Part shown: positions 62,099-64,000 of the stretch, in pieces | How the letters are laid out: each line of letters begins with the position of its first letter | Numbering within the stretch: the stretch's first letter is position 1 | Origin: Pocillopora damicornis | Taxonomy: Eukaryota | Length of the DNA stretch: 64,000 bases | Assembly: GCF_003704095.1 (NCBI RefSeq) | Contig: NW_020845812.1 | Span: forward strand, 434,001 to 498,000 | Direction: 5' to 3' | Position numbers and translations under genes: made by a program | Notes under the pieces: model-generated | Databases searched by the model: none | What the model saw: only the letters and a program-made list of their open reading frames with translations | Told to the model about the DNA's origin: nothing

Positions 62099-64000
62099 TG
62101 CCAACATATCACTCAGAATTTTTCCCTTGAAGTAATATGTTATAATTAGTAACCATGATCATACAAAAATCAAGTAATTATCCCCAGCAAAATATTCTGA
62201 CTTGTCGGTCTACTTCGGTGCGTTTCTTTTTTTCGGAGAACAACCAAATTGCTTTACTACAAAGGGTCTTTAAACTGAATCTTATCGGATGAGAAATTCG
62301 CCCGGTCGATATGTGAAATTACTTTTATTAGATGATTTTCTGCACTGCTGGTTGTTTCAGAGAAAAACGCCTTTGCCAACTCATTTCTTGAGCTATTTGA
62401 GAAGTTACACGTGTACCACAAGTAATTGAATTATACACCTGCTGCTTGGTCTTTTCATTAACCTGTCATTTTCATTATTTTTTACACAAATATCTCTTGC
62501 TTCGAGTCTCTAGAATCGGACTTAATGATGCTCACGAGTAAGTTATTAAAAACTGCTCATTTTTTTCCGTGTTATTTGAAACAAATATTAATTTAGTAGG
62601 ATGTCACAATGTTTTACGGACAGTGCATAGTGATTCCAGTCCTTTCCTAAAAATATTTTAAACTGATGAATGTAATTATCCATATCAAAGCGTTAATAGG
62701 ATAATAATTATCTCAAGCTCGCCAAGATGTTTTCTTCAATATTTCAAGACGAAACAATTTTAACATTACCACGCTTAAGACACTTTACTAACCGTCAATG
62801 ATAACATTGTCCCCTCTTTGTTAAAAGCAAAGTAATATGAAGAGTTCATTATCAGTTATTCAAGTTTTCAGTTTGGGGCTTTTAGCGTCAAATACAGCTG
62901 GCTCAACAAAATAAACTATCTTAGTTGAAGTTAGGAACACCTGAGTACACAGAACTGTCAAGTATACAAATAAGTGGTTATTTTACGATACTTCATCATG
63001 GCCATGACAACATTAACGTACGAGTGGTTGATCTTTTCATTCTGGCACCAAATCAGCAAATACAGTACATATCGCGCTGAATTTTAACTCCTCACCGAGC
63101 CAGTTCGCATACAGTGTACTTGACTCCGAGTATATTGATTCTTGTTGGAGTTTTTTCATTCAGCTGTCAAGAGTTTTGATAGAATCTCTCCGAGTACTCA
63201 AACGCTTTTAAATACATGCCATTCTGATAACAGTAGTGCTCAAGGATTTTATTTGGAGGTTTACCAGTGATGATCAAACCAGAAATTTAATCGCTTTAGT
63301 GCGTTACATTTAAACTAGTTTCTTAAATCCTCGTCAATTTCCCCAGTCAGAGTCAAGATTCACTTCAAATGTTAAGCCCACTTTTCCAAATCTTGAAACG
63401 TAAACGTTGTTTTGACTTAATGTGATTCTCATTGCATTGACAACTTTGAAAATCAACAGGCGTTTCTTGGACGCGGAATAAAATAATTTTTCTCCAGTTT
63501 AGCCCCATGATCCTTTGCGAAGTTGGAAGAAGCCCGGCTAGTTGACGAGATCGACGAGTAAACATCTTATAGCCTATATTGCAAATCATGGGTACTTAGC
63601 TAACATAGGACAAACTGAAATTTCAGAAAATTAGAATTTCTTGTAAAATTAACGTCTTGAGTTGACGTCGTAAAAGTTCGCCACTCCACGTACTTTACTG
63701 AAGTTCTCGAGATGTCTAACAAGTCGTTTGATCTTTTATAAATTCCTTTGGCTTTTTGAGGTGTTACTACATCTATGATCAGTGTTATATTGCCATAGAG
63801 AAGAGTAATATTTGCGATTCGTTTCCAGTGTTATACATTCTTTACAATAGAGATGGCTGCGGTGGATGTCGTCAATAAACTTCCACAAAAGTATTTGAAC
63901 GTTCATTTTTACATAAATCTTGTTTGGTTTATTCCTAAAGCGTGATTGCATTTAACTTTTCATTCTTATTTTGTTCAGTCAAGAGTGTTGTTATTTCCCT

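Overview
AT-rich eukaryotic genomic DNA with GT-AG introns. Gene content and repeat families point to an anthozoan cnidarian, probably a stony coral (inference). Left to right: (1) first coding exon of an AMN1 homolog (-) head-to-head with a complete 5-exon DERA gene (+); (2) a 2-exon cystinosin-family PQ-loop transporter with several substituted substrate/proton-coupling residues; (3) four co-oriented orphan ORFs with disorder-like composition (13.7-22.4 kb); (4) a ~13.7 kb gene-poor stretch; (5) three paralogous intronless class A GPCRs with almost no ectodomain; (6) between GPCR1 and GPCR2, two 4-exon paralogous genes plus a pseudo-exon encoding a family I do not recognise: signal peptide, two tandem 6-Cys helical domains and a C-terminal xxEL (KDEL-like) motif; (7) a 5-exon secreted phospholipase A2. 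Repeats include TTAA-flanked MITEs, a Harbinger-like MITE, a LINE 3' end, a decayed SINE, tandem repeats and a palindromic insertion carrying minimal hammerhead-ribozyme motifs. Exon models were assembled by hand from splice signals and frame continuity; all multi-exon CDS lengths are multiples of 3. No searches were run.
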